This document shows positions 16,801 through 21,731 of a stretch of 32,000 nucleotides of DNA, piece after piece. The first letter of the stretch is position 1; every line of letters begins with the position of its first letter. The position numbers and the translations under genes are program-made. The DNA lies in the NCBI GenBank assembly GCA_900234795.1, contig LT962688.1:4050001-4082000 (forward strand), written 5' to 3'. The stretch comes from Methylorubrum extorquens (GTDB lineage Bacteria > Pseudomonadota > Alphaproteobacteria > Rhizobiales > Beijerinckiaceae). The notes beneath the pieces were generated by a model, which did not search any database, was not told where the DNA came from, and saw only the letters and a program-made list of their open reading frames with translations.

Positions 16801-18573
16801 GCGCGCCGCCTGGAACAGCCGCTCACCGTCCCAGGACAGCGTATTGGCGTAGGCGAGCTGACCCAGCGCCGTCATCTGCGCGAAGTTGCCCGGCAGGGCC
16901 GCGATGTCGGTCGCCAGCCAATCGTTGATGAAGGCGAGATCGCCCGACTGCAGGATCGTGAGCTTATGGGCGTCGATCTGCCGGTTGTGCTCGGAATGGA
17001 AAATGTGGTGGACCGCGGTGAGGCCGATATTCTCGTTGCCGCGCCCGTCGCCGGTGACGAAGTGCCGGTCGAGAAGCTCGTTGTCGTATTCGAGATTGCG
17101 GCCGGTCTGCGGGTTCATCTGAACCGCATTGCCCGTGAGCGCGTCGGCATCGGGCCGGAGCACGCCGTTCACGGCGACCGGCACCGCGTTGTGGGCGATG
17201 TCGTCGAGGAACGCGTTGAAGGTGCGGGCCGCTGCGACCGTCTCACCGGCCTCAATGACGTTCTGCGTACCGTTGGGACCCACCAGAACGGTGCCGACGG
17301 GAAGCTGGATCGCCGAGAGCTTCAGCGGCTCGGCAAGGCTGCCGCTGGCATAGACGGCCAGCCCCCCAGGCCCCACCCCGACCATCACCTGCGGCAAGCC
17401 GTTGGCACTGCGGACGAACTCGCCGTAGGCATCCACCAGCAATTGCGGGACGGCCGAGACGTCGGCGTCCGTCAGTTCGATGCCGAGGATCGTCCGCGCC
17501 TGGAACTTGACGTCCGCCCAGGTGGCAAGGCCTCCGTCCGCGCCGCCGAGCAGGCGCCCGGTCGCGACGGGCCGCCCGTCCACAAGTGCGTATTCGCGCA
17601 GGAACACTTGGTGGGAGGCGTTCGAGGTGTAGGTCTGGTTCTGGTCGACGAAGGGTGTCGTGACATTGCGCTGCGAACCCTCAACCTGCGCGGCGCGCGT
17701 CAGCGTCATGAAGCGCAGATGCGGCGCGAGGTCGTCGGCGGTGCCGGCGAGGCCGTCCTGTCCGAGCACGAGCGGGTCGTCGGCGGCGAGCGGGACGTAG
17801 ACGGTGCCGTTCCCGCCCTTGGAGATCAGATCGAGGCCGTGGTCGAAGAACTGGCCGAAGAAGGTCATCCAGGCGTTGAACGGCTTCGACAGCCCCTCGT
17901 CGGGCGAGACGTTGAGGACGTCGATGGAGCCGTTGGTGACGGTGACGCCGGTCTGCTCCAGCAGCGCATCGAGGTTCGATTGCAGGACCGCGTGATCGCC
18001 GGCCGGGTTCGCGGCCTGAGCGGCCTTCAGGGCCTCGTGCGCTGCCGTGATGGCGCGCTGATCGGCGATGACGTTGTCCGAACCGGCGATCCTGAGCGCC
18101 GCGGCGATGGCGGCCGGGTTGTCGAGCGTGGCATCGACCACGAGGTTCGAGATGATCCGCGGGTCGGCATCGGCGACCGAACCGGGCAGCCCGTAATTGG
18201 TGTTCGTGATGATCGGAGCGCCCGGTCCGAGCGCCATCGTGTCCCCGTCCGCGTCGTTGAGGTAGGTCGGCTCGAAGAGTTGCGGCATCGGCTGGCCGGA
18301 CGAGCCCCAGGTCTCGCGGCCGGGCACGAGGTTGTTGTAGGTGCCGTCGACCGTGCGCAGCCCGTAGGGCACGTGGGGATCCGCAATCGCCTTCGGCGCC
18401 GCGGCATCGCCGAGCCAGTTGCCGGTGGCGTCGTAGAGCCCGCGATCCGTGAGAAGCGTGCCGGCGGCGTCGAGGCGCAGTTCCGTGAGCTTGATGCCGC
18501 TCGCATGCGCTTCGGCGATCTTGATCTGCTTCAGGATGAAGGTCAGATCTTGAAGATTGAGCTTAACGGCCAT
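7816..18573 (-). CDS. Giant secreted dual heme-peroxidase / RTX protein (3585 aa; 'long peroxicin'-type, T1SS substrate)
   Basis: The track ORF is 7816..18672. I place the start at ATG 18573..18571 (MAVKLNLQDLTFILKQIKIAEAH) because a perfect GGAGG sits 5 nt upstream. The protein has two An_peroxidase-type regions, at least six RTX nonapeptide blocks (GGxGxDxUx), and a C-terminal serralysin-like tail (GDKIDLSAIDADAGQAGNQAFTL...GDASPEFKLAIKGNTAPTAADFTL). Confidence 0.92.
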   Translation of the reverse strand: MAVKLNLQDLTFILKQIKIAEAHASGIKLTELRLDAAGTLLTDRGLYDATGNWLGDAAAPKAIADPHVPYGLRTVDGTYNNLVPGRETWGSSGQPMPQLFEPTYLNDADGDTMALGPGAPIITNTNYGLPGSVADADPRIISNLVVDATLDNPAAIAAALRIAGSDNVIADQRAITAAHEALKAAQAANPAGDHAVLQSNLDALLEQTGVTVTNGSIDVLNVSPDEGLSKPFNAWMTFFGQFFDHGLDLISKGGNGTVYVPLAADDPLVLGQDGLAGTADDLAPHLRFMTLTRAAQVEGSQRNVTTPFVDQNQTYTSNASHQVFLREYALVDGRPVATGRLLGGADGGLATWADVKFQARTILGIELTDADVSAVPQLLVDAYGEFVRSANGLPQVMVGVGPGGLAVYASGSLAEPLKLSAIQLPVGTVLVGPNGTQNVIEAGETVAAARTFNAFLDDIAHNAVPVAVNGVLRPDADALTGNAVQMNPQTGRNLEYDNELLDRHFVTGDGRGNENIGLTAVHHIFHSEHNRQIDAHKLTILQSGDLAFINDWLATDIAALPGNFAQMTALGQLAYANTLSWDGERLFQAARFATEMQYQHLVFEEFARKIQPLVDPFVFNPVTEIDPSIFAEFANTVYRFGHSMLTENMPRLGPDGQALDADLGLIDAFLNPLAFDNDGGLSHDESAAAIMRGMTIERGSEIDEFVVGALRNNLLGLPLDLAAINIARGRDTGTPTLNEARAQLYAATGSTFLTPYTSWVEMAANLKNPLSVVNFIAAYGTHGTVVAATTLAAKRDAAMALVFGGEGAPTDRLDYLNSRGSWAGRETGFGAVDLWIGGLAEKQMPFGGMLGSTFNAIFEAQMENLQDADRFYYLSRVQGQNFLNELEQNSFSKIMLANSSLSLPGPDGIRGTADDIVPRHIGVDAFADYDFELEVNAANQLDQNGAAPGRDPTGNDPVLEAMGLGKVVRDDPGTAADEGASGYHASINALVRRYGADGSPTGALVDGSEEGVGGAGNPVTWADLKANAAKLGIALTQADMLDAPVLRIGADGRLGFAPGSSVPEAVAVANGSFEGLALVAGQEGVILDGNGNYTTTNPAGWTIAGGVGGLFAPADAVVDPAGRDGANVVWLRGGATLSQEGGTTLQAGVGYTYSFKVGDRTDFTWPGAEARLVAVGGANPVTLGTLTLTEPADGQWGTFTLATGVVPSALAGLQLRLEIRNTGSGDAQILVDDIELVRTAPAYRSDLTPAQTPGYDPAADPFLRDGAGNVLRTGQSIASPAADLDATVVDPAALNQPFATGHYLRFTGGEHVLVGGTDGNDTIITDFGDDGIWGDAGDDRIEAGAGVDLVNGGAGDDIITDSGDTGDFLKGEDGNDVIANSNGIDILMGGRGKDAIFVGVDATEVFAGEGDDFVIGGDDADLLMGNEGDDWMEGGGGFDTTAGDNSELFFNSAIKGHDVMFAGGDEHDFDGESGDDIMVQGESVMRNEGMFGFDWAIYKGNQIAANADMRIPIFTTEEADILRNRFDKTEGLSGWRLNDTLIGDDRTAAANADAEAPAGAPITAANEGVFFNDGLDAAGIARIAGLDQIVSLASGQQFFEAGNILLGGAGNDTLQGNGGNDILDGDRWLNVRISIRNPADAGQEMATADSLKHVFDDSAANQARGWAGKSLFELMIDRVISPTQLAIVREVITTGATAADVDTAVFNDIRANYTITRAANGTLTVTHTTLTNPAVDDGTDTLRNIEKLRFADGTADVALVLNQPFDSLTIRPFDADGDDSSTLVATLVNRVNATTRPVTLQWQVLADNGQWRNVTGADGQVTNGGTFFTPTGATGVEIRVVANWTSTVAGNTGLQQTASVQSAFVGTAAADDIAGSTSPNVILGRDGDDDIEGDVGNDAIYAGSGDDRVDGGAGDDTLLGNDGADTLIGRTGNNTLDGGNDDDQLSGGHGNDRLIGGAGTDTAIYSGPIAAYSFERNAQGEVVVSDNLGAEGDGVDTLTTIEQIQMGNDLTPYTLVANGTAAVDIVVGTAGNNTLSGGAGNDLVFAGAGNDNVLWRTGDGRDFVDGGAGTDSFRIMNGTGPVQQLTLAQARAQFANLSFRDDTQTVVVRNGIVIAELKNVEQVAVNAVATGAPVVTDPTPTNGLVSPTEGQPLGALVAAIQDADGLGTFSLRWQQSGDNGQTWTDIAGNAAGTLNYTPGQAQVGDVLRLRVSFTDGAGNPEELFSAPTGVVGDTFTGTALNRTFNGTAGDDIANGADTALFGIQPNDTMNGGAGNDILNGRGGNDTFIQVSTDGRDRVDGGAGTDTYQLNGTAGPETFRIYSRSAWLQVAGNTEAQLAASTEIVITRNGTGAAAIVAELDNVEEIRVNTLQVTSPGGQNGGANGGDTIQVIGSFTGTSLNFNTITIDGSSGDDTVDMAALTSAHRIVFRSNGGHDTIVGTLRPQDVIELPAGSNRADYVAAAGANGMTTLSNGSHTITFSAAGGMPRITVDAGADGGHGEGVTGAFAYTAADIDGLEALVRGQRPDNAGDDDVPTGYRELSGHGNNLDHPTWGSADQAFIRLTQARYGEADANGNRAINPIFDGLDARTISNILGTQEAGLPKAGNDANIFFMAMGQYIDHGLDFLPKGGNGSIVIGAPGGGAPGSNNPADLTRGTVMAVDANGVPQHKNQTSPYIDQNQAYGSNALVGQFLRESDGAQGVGMRLLAGAPDPSNPAFNLLPTLRELVNHHWQADTIFAGPDGPISFRTYYTNFALSEGVTGTLFNTETGAFDPQVLTKLVGNFMGSGHPLLLDTNPFISVLDHFVAGDGRANENFALTSIHTVWARNHNYHVEKLLESGFEGTPEQVFQAAKMVNEAEYQRVVFDEYLETLIGGLRSDGTHGFETYDPSVDVAISHEFAAAVFRFGHSLIGQTLNVKGADGETIPVSLFDAFLNPSNDPSVFTAPLPPGYVPQPGYAQYGVGGIIGGTIEQAAEDVDFNIVDAVRNDLVRIRADLFAFNVARGWDVGLGTLNQVRADLAASTNPYIRDAVGFAGGDLSPYASWEDFQARNGLSDAVIAQFRQAYPDLVLAAADIAAFRVINGDIAIAMQADGTGVVKGIDRLDLWVGGLAEKHINNGVVGQTFWVVLHEQFDRLQDGDRFYYLERFDNFDFYENVVDGQGFSDIVARNTGLTVLPEHIFELSDEDGPGTEPGDDDDDGDTDPVGGDPDEDEDGPTDPVGGGGDAGGDEDDDDGVTDPVGGGGDPGDDEDDGQGDGDGTTDPVGGGDGDEDGPGTGPGTTPPVNHVPGVIAGGANGDVLNGTAGADTILGLDGDDNILAGGGADVVRAGAGNDFVDAGEGRDVVFAGDGDDDVLSGGGADMVYGDGGNDRILAGAGNDLVTAGAGRDTVIGGEGDDLFVAETGDGDDTYWGDEMGGGLGSDTLDMSAITANIAVNLGTGLAGRGSATSTQSGRDVLWGVENVVTGSGNDDITASDAANVMDGGEGSDTYRFGSAGAANGDTIEGFRPGDKIDLSAIDADAGQAGNQAFTLATGAAFTGVGQLLVTQETRDDGDYVVVQGNTAGDASPEFKLAIKGNTAPTAADFTL
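7819..8735 (-). other. C-terminal RTX block plus non-cleaved T1SS secretion-signal region
   Basis: The region reads GGANGDVLNGTAGADTILGLDGDDNILAGGGADVVRAGAGNDFVDAGEGRDVVFAGDGDDDVLSGGGADMVYGDGGNDRILAGAGNDLVTAGAGRDTVIGGEGDD, then DTLDMSAITANIAVNL and the tail described for the CDS. Confidence 0.8.
8760..9030 (-). repeat. Polyacidic linker with four TDPVGG(G) units at ~60-66-nt spacing
   Basis: The translation is SDEDGPGTEPGDDDDDGDTDPVGGDPDEDEDGPTDPVGGGGDAGGDEDDDDGVTDPVGGGGDPGDDEDDGQGDGDGTTDPVGGGDGDEDGPGTGPG. The DNA repeats (g)accgg(g/a)tcggt four times. Confidence 0.8.
9030..10985 (-). other. Peroxidase head 2 (animal heme peroxidase family domain); approximate bounds
   Basis: The distal motif is FFMAMGQYIDHGLDF (His codon 10711..10713). 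Other motifs are YIDQNQAYGS, HFVAGDGRANENFALTSIHTVWARNHNYH (about 10085..10160), FRFGHSLI, ARGWDVG and DLWVGGLAEK...DRFYYLER. Confidence 0.8.
11650..14640 (-). repeat. Central region with five dispersed RTX nonapeptide blocks and two WQ..G..W beta-sandwich modules (in-frame protein repeats)
   Basis: RTX blocks lie at about 14230..14640 (GGTDGNDTIITDFGDDGIWGDAGDDRIEAGAGVDLVNGGAGDD...), 13690..13770, 12690..12960, 12360..12500 and 11650..11850. The beta-sandwich modules lie at about 12990..13270 (TLQWQVLADNGQWRNVTGADG) and 11880..12130 (SLRWQQSGDNGQTWTDIAGNAAG). Confidence 0.75.
14860..15375 (-). other. Jelly-roll / carbohydrate-binding-module-like beta-sandwich (approximate bounds)
   Basis: The region reads ANGSFEGLALV...NPAGWTIAGG...VWLRGGATLSQ...GVGYTYSFKVG...GQWGTFTLA...LRLEIRN...ILVDDIELVR. 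The NGxFE start, the GW and the closing DDIEL pattern resemble CBM4_9/DUF642-type lectin folds. This is by eye only. Confidence 0.4.
15880..18400 (-). other. Peroxidase head 1 (animal heme peroxidase family domain); approximate bounds
   Basis: The distal motif is WMTFFGQFFDHGLDL (His codon 17839..17841). Other motifs are FVDQNQTYTS, HFVTGDGRGNENIGLTAVHHIFHSEHNR (about 16985..17065), FRFGHSML, ARGRDTG and DLWIGGLAEK...DRFYYLSR. Confidence 0.8.
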
Positions 18574-18694
18574 GGCCACCTCCCAAATACGGATACAGGC
18601 GAGCATCAGCCGGCCTGGTGATGGACGGAGCGCCCCTTGTCGCCGGGGAGGTCTCCAAACTGGCCACAGCATTCCATCAGCCGCGCAAATTGGC

Positions 18695-18910
18695 TGGAGT
18701 TAAAAAATACTTAAGGAAAAGGAAAAAACCCTCACGCGGGGATTTTCCTTGCATATTCAGGCGGCGCAGGTCACGAGTTATTCTAGTTGCTGTGAAACAT
18801 TAGAGTTGCATGTCCCTGCCGATCGGGAATTTATGCGTTTATTTTGTTGCATAAAACTTTTATATGCCTTTTATAACACATATCTATCAATTAAAGCGGA
18901 ATTACTGACA
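18695..18910. promoter_or_regulatory. AT-rich upstream region of the peroxidase/T1SS operon (probable promoter and regulator-binding region)
   Basis: My G+C counts are 32/60 (18721..18780), 26/60 (18781..18840) and 15/60 (18841..18900), against about 70% in flanking genes. TTGCAT occurs three times (18749, 18806, 18847). No credible ORF is present. Confidence 0.5.
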
Positions 18911-18995
18911 GCGAAGGGTGCGCCGTGGACTTGCCTGGCTCGGGTAATACTATCGGGGCGCTCCGGAATGGCCGCTTGAGCGACTTTGGAGCATC

Positions 18996-19256
18996 GTGCA
19001 CGAAGGACTCCGGTTGCAGGAGCGCACCGCCTTGCTACAGGCCGAAGACGGCGGGCTAGAGCCCTACAACCCGGACTTCAACCCGATCGAGCAGGTCTTC
19101 GCCAAGTTGAAGGGCCTGCTCCAGACCGCGGCGGCCCGCACGGTCCCAGACCTGGGGCACACCATCCCGCAAGCCTTCGCTCGCGTCACGGCCGACGAGT
19201 GTCGCAACGGCCTCGCTGCAGCCGGTTACGATACCGACTTGGCCATCGCTACGTAA
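18996..19256 (+). mobile_element. IS630-family transposase, C-terminal remnant only (dead fragment)
   Basis: The 86-aa ORF contains PYNPDFNPIEQVFAKLKGLLQTAAARTVPDLGHTI...ADECRNGLAAAGY. This matches the conserved (Y/F)SPD(L/F)NPIEQxFAKLK...RT...EC.N.F..AGY C-terminus of IS630/Tc1-type DDE transposases. The N-terminal roughly 250 aa and the terminal inverted repeats were not found. Confidence 0.7.
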
Positions 19257-19499
19257 GCGGGAACGGCTTTCAGTGACGTCTCAACGCCGCGCAGCGTCCC
19301 GCATGATGGCTCGGGAGCGTAACCGACCGCCTCGTTTGCGCGAAGGAACAGGTCTTTCGCAGGGGGCGTCGTAGATTCGGGCTTCCGGCAGCCTCAAGCC
19401 CACTCAGCCTGTGCACAATTGTGTACCCGACGTTCACCAAGAGACCCGATTCGTTGGGCCTGAAAACTCGCAACACATTGGCTAAATTAAAGAATTTGG

Positions 19500-19574
19500 T
19501 GGAGCGGGCGATCGGGATCGAACCGACGACATTCAGCTTGGGAAGCTGACGTTCTACCACTGAACTACGCCCGC
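19500..19574 (-). tRNA. tRNA-Gly (anticodon CCC), CCA encoded
   Basis: The minus strand reads gcgggcg-ta-gttc-agtggta-gaac-g-tcagc-ttCCCaa-gctga-atgtc-gtcgg-ttcgatc-ccgat-cgcccgc-t-cca. It folds by hand into a perfect cloverleaf: a 7-bp acceptor stem, a 4-bp D stem, a 5-bp anticodon stem and a 5-bp T stem with one G-U pair. Confidence 0.95.
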
Positions 19575-19684
19575 ATCCGGCCGCTCGCGGAGCGGTGAGG
19601 CGCTCTTGAGCCGGAGGGTGATTCCGAGCGCGGGGCTTCGGAAGCACCCCATTTTCATAAGCGATGGCGGACGCCTGTCCACCC

Positions 19685-20194
19685 CTAAAATGCGTCGGCG
19701 CCGCGCCGCTGAGTCCGGTCGCCGACACTGCGGCCGGCGATCAGCCAGTAGACCAGACCCGAGACGGCGCCCGTCACGAGGAGGATTGCGGCCAGCCGCG
19801 CTTCTGCGGCCGACGCCGCCGATCCGGCGGCCGGCGGCGGGCCGCCGCGGGCGAGCCAGGGCAGAAGCGCCGTGAGGCCGGCCGCCGCGCCGCCGTACCA
19901 GAACGGGGAGCGCAGCCCGAGCGTCTCGCCGACGAGCGCGGCCAGCGTCGGCGGCAGGATCAGCAGGAGGCTGAGCGCCTGGGCGAAGAGGATTACGGCC
20001 ATCACCGCCATGTCCGGCGGAACACCTTGGGCGAGATCCGACAGGCCGGCGAAAAGGCCGACGAGGCCGATTTCGCCCAACGCTTCACGGAAGCTTGGGT
20101 CGAGAAGCACCCCGGCGCCGAATGTCAGGGCGCCGGCCGGGATGGCCACGATCAGGGCGAAGGCGGCCAGAAGGAGGCGTCCGAGCCACGTCAT
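19685..20194 (-). CDS. Hypothetical integral membrane protein (~169 aa, about 4 TM helices)
   Basis: The track ORF is 19685..20347. I prefer the start at ATG 20194 (MTWLGRLLLAAFALIVAIPAGAL...) because the upstream 51 aa are Arg/Pro/Ser-rich and non-protein-like. The hydrophobic segments are clear, and I recognise no family. Confidence 0.5.
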   Translation of the reverse strand: MTWLGRLLLAAFALIVAIPAGALTFGAGVLLDPSFREALGEIGLVGLFAGLSDLAQGVPPDMAVMAVILFAQALSLLLILPPTLAALVGETLGLRSPFWYGGAAAGLTALLPWLARGGPPPAAGSAASAAEARLAAILLVTGAVSGLVYWLIAGRSVGDRTQRRGADAF

Positions 20195-20383
20195 CGGCCA
20201 TCGGGTCTCCCTGTTGCTCCGTCGGAGCGACGGCGGCTGGGCGATCGATAGGCCGACGGGGCCGGATCGAGCAACCGACCTCATGCCGCTCTGTCCCCTG
20301 GGCGCGTTCGGCCCCTCGCGGAGGATCGGCGACCCCGATACCGGCATCTTGCCGAAGCGCTCGGCCGGATGCGGAAGGATCGC

Positions 20384-21682
20384 TCAGCAGTCGAGCGTGG
20401 TGTCGCGCTCCCACTGGGTGAGGTGGCGGCAGTAATCGTCCCATTCCTGGCGCTTGAGCTTGAGGTAGCTCGGCACGAAGGCGCCGAGCGCCTCGTTGAG
20501 GACGGGGCTCGCTTCGAGGGCGCGCAGCGCATCGAGCAGGTTGAGCGGCAGGCGCTTGACGCCCTCCACCGTGTGACCGTCGGTGTACATGTTGATGTCG
20601 AGGCGCTGGCCCGGATCGCGCCGCTGCCGGATGCCGTCGAGGCCGGCGGCGAGGAGGCCCGCCTGGAGCAGGTAGGGGTTGGCCGCCCCATCCGCGAGGC
20701 GGAACTCGAAGCGCCCGCCGTCCGGAATGCGGATCATGTGGGTGCGGTTGTTGCCCGTGTAGGTCACGGTGTTGGGCGCCCAGGTCGCGCCGGAGGTGGT
20801 GCGCGGCGCATTGATGCGCTTGTAGGAGTTCACGCACGGGTTGGTCAGCGCGGCCAGCGCATCCGCCGAGTGAATCAGGCCGCCGATGAAGTGATAGCCG
20901 ATCTGCGACAGGCCGATCTCGTCCGAGCGGTCGGCGAACACGTTCTGGCCGTCGCGCCAGAGCGAGACGTGGGCGTGGCAGCCCGAGCCCGTGAGATCCA
21001 TGAAGGGCTTGGGCATGAAGGTCGCGCGGAAGCCGTGCTTCTCGGCGATCGAGCGGGTCATGTACTTGAAGAAGGCGTGCCGGTCGGCGGTGATCAGCGC
21101 GTCGTCGTAGTCCCAGTTCATCTCGAACTGGCCGTTCGCGTCCTCATGGTCGTTCTGGTAGGGCTTCCAGCCGAGGCTGAGCATCGCGTCGCAGATCTCG
21201 GTGATTACTTCGTAGCGGCGCATCAGGGCGGATTGGTCGTAGCAGGGCTTGGTCTGCTTGTCGGCGGTGTCGGCAGGCTCCGAGCCGCAGGGCGTGATCA
21301 GGAAGAACTCGCACTCGACGCCGCTCTTCATCTGCAGCCCTTCCTCGGCCGCTTCCTTGATGAGGCGCTTGAGGATGTTGCGCGGGCCCTGCTCCACCGC
21401 CTTGCCGTTCATCACGAGGTCGGCGGGCAGCCAGCCGACTTCCGGCTTCCAGGGGAGTTGGATCAGCCCGTCCGCGTCGGGCATGGCCAGAAGGTCGGCG
21501 TCGGCGGGGCTCATGTCGAGCCAGGTGGCAAAGCCGGCAAAGCCCGCGCCGTTGCGGCAGGTGCTGCCGATGGCGGCGGCCGGCACCAGCTTGGCCCGCT
21601 GGGTGCCGAACAGATCGGTGTAGGACACGAGGAAATACTTGATGCCGCGCTCCCGGGCGGCGGTCTCAAGATCATGCGCCAT
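20384..21682 (-). CDS. gmaS: Glutamine-synthetase-family enzyme; by context gamma-glutamylmethylamide synthetase
   Basis: The protein has a GS-type catalytic domain (FMPKPF...GSGCHAHVSLW; NSYKRI; RIPDGGRFEFRLADGAANPYL). I prefer the start at ATG 21682 (MAHDLETAARERGIKYFLVSYTDLFG), which is preceded by GGAAGGA. It sits directly downstream of mgsABC-like genes. Confidence 0.8.
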   Translation of the reverse strand: MAHDLETAARERGIKYFLVSYTDLFGTQRAKLVPAAAIGSTCRNGAGFAGFATWLDMSPADADLLAMPDADGLIQLPWKPEVGWLPADLVMNGKAVEQGPRNILKRLIKEAAEEGLQMKSGVECEFFLITPCGSEPADTADKQTKPCYDQSALMRRYEVITEICDAMLSLGWKPYQNDHEDANGQFEMNWDYDDALITADRHAFFKYMTRSIAEKHGFRATFMPKPFMDLTGSGCHAHVSLWRDGQNVFADRSDEIGLSQIGYHFIGGLIHSADALAALTNPCVNSYKRINAPRTTSGATWAPNTVTYTGNNRTHMIRIPDGGRFEFRLADGAANPYLLQAGLLAAGLDGIRQRRDPGQRLDINMYTDGHTVEGVKRLPLNLLDALRALEASPVLNEALGAFVPSYLKLKRQEWDDYCRHLTQWERDTTLDC

Positions 21683-21731
21683 TGCAAGGATCCTTCCGGC
21701 TTGGTGGTGCGGCCCCATCGCCACAAAAGAA

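Noticed and set aside
6163-18621. Two enormous plus-strand ORFs (6163..11349, 1728 aa; 11707..18621, 2304 aa)
   Set aside because: They are antisense to the ABC and giant peroxidase genes. Their translations are monotonous R/G/A/V/D/H-rich strings with no recognisable motifs. Stop-free antisense frames are expected at about 70% G+C, while the minus-strand products have dense, specific family motifs.
18574-18672. 33-codon N-terminal extension of the giant ORF, and similar extensions of mgsA to 24916, mgsB to 23849, gmaS to 21724, the regulator to 26043, mgdA from 25932, and the membrane protein to 20347
   Set aside because: The extensions are Arg/Pro-rich and lack an SD. The internal ATGs are preceded by good SD sequences (GGAGG, GGAAGGA, GGAGGGA) or are dictated by chemistry (Cys2 of an Ntn amidotransferase) or by a conserved family N-terminus.
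18721-18748. Imperfect hairpin ggaaaaaaccc-tcacgc-ggggattttcc followed by T-rich sequence, considered as a terminator
   Set aside because: Only 9 of 11 stem positions pair and the stem is mostly A-T. No gene ends nearby on the plus strand. It is kept only as part of the AT-rich regulatory region.
18820-18828. 9-nt match (cgatcggga) to the 3' half of tRNA-Gly (19509..19517), considered as a possible att direct repeat
   Set aside because: It is too short. A specific GC-rich 9-mer is expected by chance in a window of this size and composition, and it does not extend to the tRNA 3' terminus.
18618-18979. Small plus-strand ORFs 18618..18803 (61 aa) and 18749..18979 (76 aa) in the AT-rich spacer
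   Set aside because: They have no SD and odd composition, they overlap the likely promoter of the giant gene, and they have no recognisable motif.
19270-19728. 152-aa minus-strand ORF spanning the tRNA
   Set aside because: It reads through a perfectly folding tRNA-Gly gene, so it is a spurious ORF.
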